Shown here: positions 23,201-32,490 of the stretch, in pieces
Position numbering within the stretch: position 1 is the first letter of the stretch
Layout: the number at the start of each line of letters is the position of its first letter
Assembly (NCBI GenBank): GCA_963765895.1
Contig: CAVXZB010000084.1
Location: 64,001 to 128,000, forward strand
Direction: 5' to 3'
Length of the DNA stretch: 64,000 nucleotides
Origin: an uncultured Nitrososphaeraceae archaeon
GTDB taxonomy: Archaea > Thermoproteota > Nitrososphaeria > Nitrososphaerales > Nitrososphaeraceae
Made by a program: the position numbers and the translations under genes
The notes under the pieces: generated by a model
What the model was told of the DNA's origin: nothing
The model's database searches: none
Seen by the model: only the letters and a program-made list of their open reading frames with translations

Positions 23201-23923
23201 ATGTCAAAACATATCAAATCAAATACGAGTTTCAAACCTTCTTTAATCAATAAATTTTTGGTGGAAATTCTAGGGTCATTTATACTGGTTTATGCAATAG
23301 CCTCTGCCGCCACGGTTTATTCACATAGCGGCCAATTAGGGATGATCGGAATTGGGTTAGTTCATGCACTTGTGTTAACTGGGATTATCTATGCAATTGG
23401 CTATCGTTCAGGTGCTCAGGTGAATCCTGCTGTGACAATAGGTTTATTGGTAGCCGGTAAAATTACACATAAGGAAGCAATTGTCTACATAATTGCTCAA
23501 ATCATTGGGGCAGTAATTGGAGCAGCAGTAGTTTACTCCATATTTGGTTCTGCCATGGCTGCCAGTGTAACGTTACCTTCTGACAATAATGTGATAAGAG
23601 CACTAATTTTGGAGACAGTAATGACATTTACTCTAGTATACGTTGTTTTAGCGACCACTACATCAAGGAACTTTAGAATAGTCCCTTTAGCCGGCCTGGC
23701 TATAGGTATTACACTTGGTTTCAACGTTATGATTGGAGGTTCGATTACAGGTGGATCACTAAATCCTGCTCGTTCTTTTGGCCCAGCTTTGATGATGTTC
23801 AATTTTAGTTATCAATGGATTTATTGGGTAGCACCGATTACAGGCGGATTGATTGCTGCTGGAGTGTATAAATTGTTAAACACAAAAGAAGAACAAGAAA
23901 TGGAGAAAATGCCATCGGAATAA
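23201..23923 (+). CDS. Aquaporin/MIP family channel
   Basis: Two NPA motifs (SGAQVNPAVT, GGSLNPARSFGP), WIYWVAPI, six TM segments. Confidence 0.96.
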   Translation: MSKHIKSNTSFKPSLINKFLVEILGSFILVYAIASAATVYSHSGQLGMIGIGLVHALVLTGIIYAIGYRSGAQVNPAVTIGLLVAGKITHKEAIVYIIAQIIGAVIGAAVVYSIFGSAMAASVTLPSDNNVIRALILETVMTFTLVYVVLATTTSRNFRIVPLAGLAIGITLGFNVMIGGSITGGSLNPARSFGPALMMFNFSYQWIYWVAPITGGLIAAGVYKLLNTKEEQEMEKMPSE

Positions 23924-24345
23924 TTTTCACACAACTGACTTGTTCACTAATACTCGAGTCTACATCAGACGCAACGACACCAGGTGTAAAAGGTATTATC
24001 CCAGCAGGAGGTAAGTGAGTTAGTAGAATGGACCTATTAAATGGTACAGTTCCTAGGTATAGTCACGGTTATTGTATATGCAGCAGCATTGATTTTAATC
24101 ACTGTTATAACGAGTCCGATAAAAGGCAAAGACAGAAACAAACACAACAGCACCGACAATAGCAAGATCGAATAATGAAATAGCAAATACTGAGAGAGTC
24201 ATAACTACTGTGGTAACATTTTTTACTCTTGGACAATTTCATAGAAATCACTCTGAGTCACAATTGCTACTGGCATGGCAAATAATTCTAGCTTTTATCT
24301 CAAAAAGAATTGTTGACTAAATCTATAATTCGGAAAGTATTTAGC

Positions 24346-24770
24346 CTACCTAAACGAGAACCTGCATTCGGTAGCTGTTTGTTTGCTAGGTCTAGCAAAC
24401 AACCGCCCTGTTCTTAAAACTGGATATTCTACCATATTTGGCCAATCCCATTCCATGGCTATACCTCGGTTTAACTTTCTGCCATGTATTCCTAAGGATC
24501 CAGCTGGTGCGTGATTTCTTCTCCAAATGAGGCACGAAAATCCATCCATTCTTTGACTGCACGGTACGCCTCAGGAGTCATAAACGTAATGTACTCTTCA
24601 GGCTCTTTAGGATAAACGACTAATTTTGTGGATAATATGTCGCCTTTTTCATCCTTAATCTGCGCTATATGTTTCCACTGCTTGTAATCTCAGGCTCCCA
24701 CTCTTATTCCGGTAGATATCGGCAATAGCACAATAGGCTTGATCCGCCCGTCAGGATATATTTTCAATTA
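24346..24770 (-). pseudogene. Second tyrosine-integrase fragment (stops and frameshifts)
   Basis: Hand translation: YPDGRIKPIVLLPISTGIRVGA*DYKQWKHIAQIKDEKGDILSTKLVVYPKEPEEYITFMTPEAYRAVKEWMDFRASFGE. Confidence 0.82.
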
Positions 24771-24774
24771 CTCT

Positions 24775-25290
24775 CTATTTCTTCCATCGTAAATAGTCCC
24801 AAGCACCTATCCGAATCCCTGAGGAGATCATGGTAAAGACTATTGCCTTTATTCTTCTGTCTGGATATTCAATTAGTCTCCTTATTTCTTCTGTTGTTGG
24901 TGCTCTATCATTTGCAGCCCTCCTCCCTATTGGTAAACCGCGCGATATTTTTTTCCAATTTAGTATTAAATCATTCATTACACAGAATAACTTCGTTGCT
25001 TTGTAATAATTCATAATCGTTGACTCTGATATTTCTCCTCTTACAATTCTCTCCTTTTGAAATACTATGAATGACATAAGACTTTCTTCTGCCCATCGTG
25101 GATTTGTTCTTGCATTTGAGATAAACTGTTTTGCTTGGTCATCTAACGTTCCTGGCATTTTTAAATAAACCAGAAAATATTGCAACCGTCGAGGATATTG
25201 TCTTCTAGTATCAGGGGCCCTTAACCCATATCTAAACATAACCATAGGATCCTTTTCTTCAATATTGTGTGCCAATGGTCGTCGATACAT
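24775..25290 (-). mobile_element. Nitrososphaera-type tyrosine integrase, N-terminal half, directly downstream of tRNA-Ile
   Basis: TRRQYPRRL, TIMNYYKATKLFCVMND..LNWKKISRGLP, DRAPTTEEI, SSGIRIGAWDYLRWK (catalytic Arg box I); HxxR and Tyr boxes absent. Confidence 0.88.
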
Positions 25291-25330
25291 ACTCTTAGGT
25301 ATGGGCCTAAATAAAGTGACAAGTTTGATT

Positions 25331-25404
25331 TGGGCCGAAAGGGAGTTGAACCCTCGACCTTTCGATTATCAGTCGAACGCTCCACCAAGCTGAGCTATCG
25401 GCCC
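25331..25404 (-). tRNA. tRNA-Ile(GAU), intronless
   Basis: Reverse complement GGGCCGATAGCTCAGCTTGGTGGAGCGTTCGACTGATAATCGAAAGGTCGAGGGTTCAACTCCCTTTCGGCCCA folds as a cloverleaf with anticodon GAT. Confidence 0.97.
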
Positions 25405-25567
25405 ATCCTAAAGTGTTAAAAATTGGGGATATTTAATCTTGTGGCTCTCAGTGAGTACAAGACTACCATTGAGGGGACAAGATTATTTACACACATCAAA
25501 TAATTTCCCTTCTACAGTTACATCTAAATGCATTTAAGTGAAATAATGTTGATACTTTTTGTCGCCT

Positions 25568-26390
25568 ATGGCTAAAGAGATCAAAAAAGTAGCAGTAATT
25601 ACCAAGGTAAATAGTGCAGAGGCTGAAGGGGCAGCTAGGCGAATAATAGGCATACTTTGTTCCAGAGAAATCGAAACATATTCCATTGTGCCATTCGGTA
25701 TAGATGGCTCGCGTCCTGGTATCGCCTGACAAATTGAGGAATCTTGATCTAGATTTACTTATGGCCGTGGGCGGCGATGGGACAACACTTAGGTCGTTTA
25801 ACCTAATTCCTTGTGAAACACCTTTGTTTAGTATCAATGTTGGGGGACATAGGGGTATATTGTCCGAAGCAACCATAGACTCGATTGAGGAATCTCTAAG
25901 CTCGATACTCGCAAAAGACTATGTTTGTGAGTCCCATCTTAGAATCCAAGCCACTATTGATGATAACATTACAACTCATCCCGCATTGAATGAAATCGTT
26001 TGTGCAAGACAGAATTTGACAAGAACTCCAGTATTTTCTATTCAGTTGATGAACGACGAGATTAGCCAGAGGATGGACGGAATTATCATATCTACTCCAA
26101 CAGGATCAACTGGGCATTCGCTTTCAATTGGTGGATCAGTTCTACACGAGGATCTGGAATGTCTAACTCTTGTTCCAATCGCTTCAGTTAATAGAATGCC
26201 ACAATTAGTAGTGCCTGTTCAACAGATAAATATTAGATGCAGCCATGACCTAAGTTTAATCTTAGATGGACAGGAAGTATTTGATATTATTGCAGGCCAT
26301 CTCATCAAGATCACGCGGCATATTTCAGATGCTCGATTTGTGCGGCTAAGAAAAAGGGGATTGAGACAGCTTAGAAAATTGGGTTTCTGA
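25568..26390 (+). CDS. nadK: NAD(+) kinase, apparent frameshift at ~25710
   Basis: MAKEIKKVAVITK from ATG 25568; GGDGT, LNE and DGIIISTPTGSTGHSLS motifs. Confidence 0.92.
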
Positions 26391-26880
26391 TGCTGAACCG
26401 GTCCTAGATGCATCGGCATTCTACGCTGGGGTTCCTTTCTTGTCAGGTTTAAAATGTTTCACTAGCGCCCTAGTTTATGACGAGATAAGACACATAAAGA
26501 AATCTCACAGTGCATTGGATGTTCTAATTGACTCTGGCAATCTTGTCATTATGCAACCAGAAGCAGTATCGATAGCAACCGTTAAAACAGTGGCAAAGAA
26601 AAGTGGTGATTTGGCTATGCTCTCCAGAGCAGATATCTCTATCTTAGCACTTGCATATGAGCTGAAACGAACGTTGATTACTAATGATTATCGGATAGCT
26701 AACGTTGCACCAAGCCTTCAAGTTGTAGTAAAAACAATAGCTATTAGTGGTATAAAGAGTATAAGACAATGGATTGCTATCTGTCCAGCATGTGAAATAA
26801 TATATACTCCCGATTTGACTGAATGTAAGAATTGTGGAAACAGACTAAAATACAAATACTCAACAAAGCGAAAGGCGTGA
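26390..26880 (+). CDS. nob1: Nob1-like PIN endonuclease with zinc ribbon (start affected by an indel)
   Basis: VLDASAFYAG in frame from 26401; LSRADISILALA, TNDY, CPAC...CKNCG. Confidence 0.85.
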
Positions 26881-27074
26881 CTTCTGACGCGATTTGATTA
26901 TTCCTTCTAGTTCAATGAAAGTCAGTTATGGAAATGTCTTGAATTGCACCGATTTTACTAAAATAGACAGTCAGTTTAGAGATGGGGTGTAGATCACCTA
27001 TCTTATGCTTGCTCTTTCTTCCGTTATCGATACAAATGAATACTACTAAAAATAAACTACCTTGAACAAGTCAA

Positions 27075-27942
27075 TTGTCTTCAGTTATAACAATAGATCC
27101 AGATTTCCTTAAAACATTTATTATTCCAAGATTGCTTGATTCCAGAAAAGGTGACAACGGAACAGTTCTCATTGTAGGTGGCAATAGAATCTATCATGGG
27201 GCACCAATTCTTGCGTCGCTATCTGCTCTAAGATCAGGTGCTGACCTAGTATACACTGCAGTACCAAGATCTAATATTATCCCTGTCAGGTCCTCATCAC
27301 CTAATATTATCGCTCTTCCGCTGGCTGATGACAAGCTTACTGTTGGTTCAGCCAATAGATTAGTTGCTATGCTCCCCAAAAAACCAGATGCTGCCGCCAT
27401 AGGAATGGGGCTTACACTTGCCAAGAAAGAGGCGCTCTTGACGCTAGTAAGAGGCCTGCAATCCTTAGGAACAAAGCTTGTGCTAGACGCATCGGCTCTA
27501 ATTCCCAGTATTTTGACTCAAATTGACAATACTGAAACAATTGTCACGCCTCATTCCGCGGAATTTAAGAGAATTTTTGGCGAAGTAGTCGGAGACAGTA
27601 GAGACGAGCGAATTTCTAATGTTCATAAGACTGCCAAGCTTCATGGCATCACGATCCTACTTAAAGGATGGATTGATATTGTTTCAAGCAGCGAAAGGGT
27701 TGCTGTGAATACTACACATAACTGCGGAATGACCGTTGGAGGAACCGGCGATGTGTTATCTGGATTAGTGAGCGGGCTTCTTAGCAAATATTCTCCATTC
27801 GAAGCGAGCAGTACTTGGTGTGTTTATCAACGGGAGTGCAGGAAATTTGGCTTTAAAGAAATTAGGATTACACTTAGTCGCTACAGATTTAATTTCAAAT
27901 ATACCAGATGCAATGAAACCTTTTGATCTGGTCAAAAAGTAA
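27075..27942 (+). CDS. nnrD: ADP-dependent NAD(P)H-hydrate dehydratase, frameshift at ~27806
   Basis: RKGDNGTVLIVGG, GADLV, VLDASA, TPHSAEF, GGTGDVLSG; shifted C-terminus VLGVFINGSAG...ATDLI. Confidence 0.92.
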
Positions 27943-29173
27943 TTTTGGAGAGCTTCATGTATATAACCTCTTCTGAATAATCTTTTAAATTATGCATAGT
28001 TTTCGATTCGTAGCCATTTTGCTCTAGTAAGTAACAAAGCAAATATGCCCAAGGAATTACTTTTCTTTTCTCAACTAAGCACCTCATTTTGATGCTGCTA
28101 TTGTTTCTATCATATGATAGAGTACCATACGAAATCAGTCTCAATGAATGGTCAACGACTTTAACTATCTCTTCCAAAGTCTCACCCAATAATTTTACAC
28201 CCAACTTCTCAACTTTGTTCAATATGTATCGCAATCTATCAGCCTGTGAGTTAGTGCTCTCAGTGGTAAAATCATAATATAGTAAGGTTTCCTTCATGAT
28301 CCGGGCTAATTTTGTTGATTTTAATGCCATTGTCAGATCCGAATTTTCTGCGAACTTCACTTCAGTTGCATTATTCCAGTCTTCTTCGAAATGTCTGATA
28401 TAAGAGACACCTATGACATCTAAAGAATTAAAAAGTGCAGCCTTCCCATTTTTACTATCCGTTAAAACCATATTGACTGAATCGATAATTATTTTACTTG
28501 ACCTTATATTTCCAATCCTTAAATTGATGTCTTCTGGCAACTCTAGAAGACTCTCTTCATCCAGGGACTCGTAGTCTATAAGCAACCTGAATTTGACATT
28601 ATTTGTCATCGCCTTAATTATCGAATCTTTACATTGTAAGAGCAACCTTACTCCCCATGTATCCAATGAAGCATTAATTGAAAATTTGCAGCATGCTATC
28701 ATGTTATTTACCTTTGAAAAAGAGGATTTAGCATTCAATATAGTATACCTTTTCTCCTCACATCCAACCGGCCTATGTATTTCGTCATTTACCCTTTGAA
28801 GGGTTTCTACAATTTTTTTCATATTCCTAATTCTTCTTTCTGAAAGTTGCAAGATCTCATAGAATGCTTCCTCAGGAGGAACCGGACTAAAGATGAGTGG
28901 TTTTTGTTGAGAGATTACTGACAATCTCTTCTTCTCCAATTTTTTCAAGACTGAATAGACCTTGGTCCTTGGCAGATTGCTATAATAAGCAATCTCGCTT
29001 GGGGCAAGAGATCCTTTCTGGATCAATGTTAGATAAGCACTTGACTCATATTTTGATAATCCCAGTTCCTCTAAATTACCAACAAGGTCATTATTCAGTG
29101 TCTGATTGGAGCGCATCAAAATTAAGGCTAATTGTTGGTAAACCGGGAGATAAAAGGCGATAGTTAAATTCAT
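27932..29173 (-). CDS. TrmB-family transcriptional regulator (start probably internal)
   Basis: LEELGLSKYESSAYLTL...SEIAYYSNLPRTKVYSVLKKLEKK wHTH plus a PLD-like effector domain. Confidence 0.9.
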   Translation of the reverse strand: MNLTIAFYLPVYQQLALILMRSNQTLNNDLVGNLEELGLSKYESSAYLTLIQKGSLAPSEIAYYSNLPRTKVYSVLKKLEKKRLSVISQQKPLIFSPVPPEEAFYEILQLSERRIRNMKKIVETLQRVNDEIHRPVGCEEKRYTILNAKSSFSKVNNMIACCKFSINASLDTWGVRLLLQCKDSIIKAMTNNVKFRLLIDYESLDEESLLELPEDINLRIGNIRSSKIIIDSVNMVLTDSKNGKAALFNSLDVIGVSYIRHFEEDWNNATEVKFAENSDLTMALKSTKLARIMKETLLYYDFTTESTNSQADRLRYILNKVEKLGVKLLGETLEEIVKVVDHSLRLISYGTLSYDRNNSSIKMRCLVEKRKVIPWAYLLCYLLEQNGYESKTMHNLKDYSEEVIYMKLSKITF

Positions 29174-29260
29174 TTAGCCAATGTTAAAAAAATACTAAGC
29201 TGTTACCACATGGAGGTGTAACTTCGGTGACAAGAGTGGTCAGGACATGCTCCATATTAT

Positions 29261-29887
29261 ATGAATCCTGTAATTATCCTAGCGGGAAATCAAGACATGC
29301 AAATTAAGTCCAAATGGATCAAATCAGAATCTATGTTAGAAGATCGAAAAGGATTGATGGTGAAGACTATTGCATTAAAGCCTCGAATAGAAATTGTGCT
29401 TAATAATATTAAGAATGAAGTTACCAAATTGGCATACATATATACAGAATTGGGTGGGATTGAAATGAAAATTCGTGAATCTACTAGTTCATACTCGCCA
29501 AACGATGAGACATTCAGGCATGGCAATGTCAATTATGCAGAGCTATCTCAGTCGAGAAGAAAAGGCATAACTATAATTATGTCAATGATATCTCTCGAAA
29601 TAGTCGCTGATAGATTGAAGACTGCTAAGGATATCGGTGAAGTTGTCAACGCTCTGGCGCCTTCAATAGCAGTCATGAAAAGTATTAGATCAGCTCTTAT
29701 TCGATATGTCTCAAGTACTCACGAGGAAATAGCTGACATATGTGAGATACTTGAACTCATACTTATAGACTCCTGCCAGCTTGCTAATGGCGTCCTTGAC
29801 TTTAAGGAAGCAAATCAACAAGCTATCTTGCTTCTTAATGACGCACAACTGAAGGCAGTACAAAAAAATACACGAAGAGTTTCCTAG
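29261..29887 (+). CDS. Divergent CdvB/ESCRT-III (Snf7)-like protein
   Basis: LKPRIE...AELSQSRR...SLEIVADRLKTAKDIGEVVNALAPSIAVMKSIRSAL; lies upstream of cdvC; possible indel in the A-run near 29865. Confidence 0.75.
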   Translation: MNPVIILAGNQDMQIKSKWIKSESMLEDRKGLMVKTIALKPRIEIVLNNIKNEVTKLAYIYTELGGIEMKIRESTSSYSPNDETFRHGNVNYAELSQSRRKGITIIMSMISLEIVADRLKTAKDIGEVVNALAPSIAVMKSIRSALIRYVSSTHEEIADICEILELILIDSCQLANGVLDFKEANQQAILLLNDAQLKAVQKNTRRVS

Positions 29888-30232
29888 TCTTACAAAGATT
29901 TTCAGTAAGCGTGATTCTTAAGCATTAGTGTGAATTTAAGAGGCTGGACACACGCAAACATCATTCTTATTTTTCTTTCATTTTCATGAATTCGGAGTCG
30001 AGATTTGGTAGAGTCTCTATATTGATGTTATTCGTTCCATTGATCGGACGCTGTCAATGGGGGTGTGATAAGCCAACCCCCATAATTAACTCTATAGATG
30101 AATAGGTGAGATGCTCTCAAGCCTGTAACAATAATCTGTTGTCTTTGTGCAAATTTTTTAGTTTGTTGCACAATATAGATTTACATCATAGTAATTCAAA
30201 GCTTTATCTAATTTTAGATTGCAGTAATAATT

Positions 30233-31489
30233 ATGAGTTTAGCTCCCCAGGTATTAGAAAATAGTGCTAGCAAATGTGCCGCGGAAGCAATTAGACTAGA
30301 CTCTCAGGGTTCTCACAACGAGGCCATAGAATATTATCAACGTGCTATAGAAGCCCTTGTAAGATTAGTTCAGATTTATCCTGAATATAAATTAAATAGG
30401 ATATATACCGAAAGAGCAAATGCCTATCAAAATCGAATAAAGGCGCTTCTAGTGTCGCAAATTCCCATCACGGATAAGCCTTTGAGTAGAGAATCGGACT
30501 CGAAAAGAGCACCAGTTACTAAAAAAGATACTGAGAGCACAGTCGATCGTACCAAGGGGGCAGAAAATCATTTTTCTGATAAAAGCGACAATACGAGAAC
30601 AGATGCCGAGAGGATGGATTTTGATGACCTGATAATGAAGGAAAGACCGAAGGTATCATGGGGAGAAGTCATCGGTCTTGAAGATGCCAAGCGTGCAATA
30701 AGGGAGTCAATAGTATATCCGACTAAAAGACCAGATCTGTTTCCTCTTGGTTGGCCCAAGGGCATTTTATTATATGGACCGCCAGGGTGTGGCAAGACGC
30801 TGCTTGCAGCAGCTGCAGCTGCAGAAATTGAGGGTTATTTCATAAATGTTGATGCCGCGGCGATGATGAGTAAATGGCTTGGAGAAGCTGAGAAAAATGT
30901 TGCTAAATTGTTTTCAATGGCACACACATTAAGCTTGAATGAAGGTGTAAGTGTAATACTTTTTATAGACGAGATAGATTCGCTTCTAGGTACTCGCAGC
31001 AGTGAAGTGGGCGGGGAAGTCAGAGTAAAAAATCAGTTTCTGACCGAGATGGATGGCATTAACGGTAAACTTAGAAAATCCCAATTATACGTCATTGGCG
31101 CAACGAATAAGCCTTGGAGCCTCGAAGCAGGTTTTCTTAGAAGATTTCAAAAGAGAATTTATGTTACGCTCCCAGATAAAGCGTCCAGATTAAACCTTTT
31201 CAACCAGTATACTGCCGCATTACATAGAGACAATGGTTTCAAACAGGAGGATCTAGCAAAACTGGCTGAAGGATATAGTGCCAGCGATATAAAAGACATG
31301 TGTCAATCTGCCCAACTTCGTGTAGTTAATGAGTTATTCGAGAGCGGGAAAGCATTAGAATCAGATGAAAATCCGAGGTCAATTACTATGCTTGATTTCA
31401 GGGAAATATTTAAGATGAGAAAGCCTAGCGTAAGTATTGAGATGATAAAAGCATATATAGGATGGAGCGAGCAATTTAAAGCACTATAG
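30233..31489 (+). CDS. cdvC: CdvC/Vps4 AAA+ ATPase with N-terminal MIT domain
   Basis: MIT (AIRLDSQG...YQRAIEAL), GPPGCGKT, SKWLGEAEK, FIDEID, ATNKPW, RRFQKRIY. Confidence 0.95.
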   Translation: MSLAPQVLENSASKCAAEAIRLDSQGSHNEAIEYYQRAIEALVRLVQIYPEYKLNRIYTERANAYQNRIKALLVSQIPITDKPLSRESDSKRAPVTKKDTESTVDRTKGAENHFSDKSDNTRTDAERMDFDDLIMKERPKVSWGEVIGLEDAKRAIRESIVYPTKRPDLFPLGWPKGILLYGPPGCGKTLLAAAAAAEIEGYFINVDAAAMMSKWLGEAEKNVAKLFSMAHTLSLNEGVSVILFIDEIDSLLGTRSSEVGGEVRVKNQFLTEMDGINGKLRKSQLYVIGATNKPWSLEAGFLRRFQKRIYVTLPDKASRLNLFNQYTAALHRDNGFKQEDLAKLAEGYSASDIKDMCQSAQLRVVNELFESGKALESDENPRSITMLDFREIFKMRKPSVSIEMIKAYIGWSEQFKAL

Positions 31490-31858
31490 ATTTAAGAGTA
31501 GTCTAGGATTAAAGGGATCCAGTTTTTGATCGCCTTATACTGAATGATTCCTCATTTAAACACATGATATTTATGAGTTTATACTTTAATTTAGAATAAT
31601 ATTCAACTTATGCAGATTTAGGACAAATAGTCAAAAGGAATTTGATTTAAATTCTAGGTCTATGTACCTGCTAACTAGATTGAACACTAGTCTTCAAGAT
31701 TTTCCTTCAGAAAAATAGGGATCTCCAACTCATCCCAGACTATCAAAAAATGTTCATTAGGAAATTTGTTTTTTGGAAACACTACGACTTGAAATCATAA
31801 AAAAGATTCACTAACTAGCCGATGCCCCAATATACAACTTATGGTTTCAAAATGCTTA

Positions 31859-32398
31859 CTAACTTCGCTTCAAATTTGAGTAATTATCTGCTGCCGCTTT
31901 AATTTTTTCTTTGGCGGTTTTCGCAGTACCCCAGCCAGTCACTTTAACATACTTTCCTGCTTCTAATTCTTTATAGTGTTCAAAAAAGTGCTTTATTTCA
32001 TTTTGAATATCTGTTGGGATATCCTTTAGATCAATAATCGTAGAATAAGTAGGATCAACTTTATGGTGTGGAGCCGCAATGATTTTAGAGTCTTGGCCTT
32101 CTTCATCTTCTGTAAGCAAGACGGCTACTGGTCTAGCCTTAACTACGGATTTGGGAATAAATGGATCTGCACCAAGCACAAGAACATCTATTGGATCACC
32201 GTCATCTTCTACTGTTTGTGGAATTATACCGTAATTGTATGGATAAGTCATAGAGGTGAGTAGTCTTCTGTCAACATTTAGAGCTCCTGTTTCAGTATCG
32301 ATCTCGTATTTTATGTTGCTATTCTTTGGAATTTCGATCAAGACATTAAATTCATCGGGTATTTTCTGTCCAGGGTTTAACCTATCTATAAAAGACAT
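31859..32398 (-). CDS. ppa: Inorganic pyrophosphatase (family I)
   Basis: IEIPK...KYEID, YPYNYG.IPQT..DDGDPIDVLV, FFEHYKELE. Confidence 0.96.
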   Translation of the reverse strand: MSFIDRLNPGQKIPDEFNVLIEIPKNSNIKYEIDTETGALNVDRRLLTSMTYPYNYGIIPQTVEDDGDPIDVLVLGADPFIPKSVVKARPVAVLLTEDEEGQDSKIIAAPHHKVDPTYSTIIDLKDIPTDIQNEIKHFFEHYKELEAGKYVKVTGWGTAKTAKEKIKAAADNYSNLKRS

Positions 32399-32490
32399 TC
32401 TGTTGAAATTGGTGTCCAGACAATAAAATATAATCTTATGGTAAAGGTACCCAAAAACATAAACACAGGATCCTATATCGGCTCTTATAA

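Noticed and set aside
25301-25308. tgggcc as an att duplication of the tRNA-Ile 3' end
   Set aside because: Only 6 bp and 30 bp from the tRNA; not distinguishable from chance
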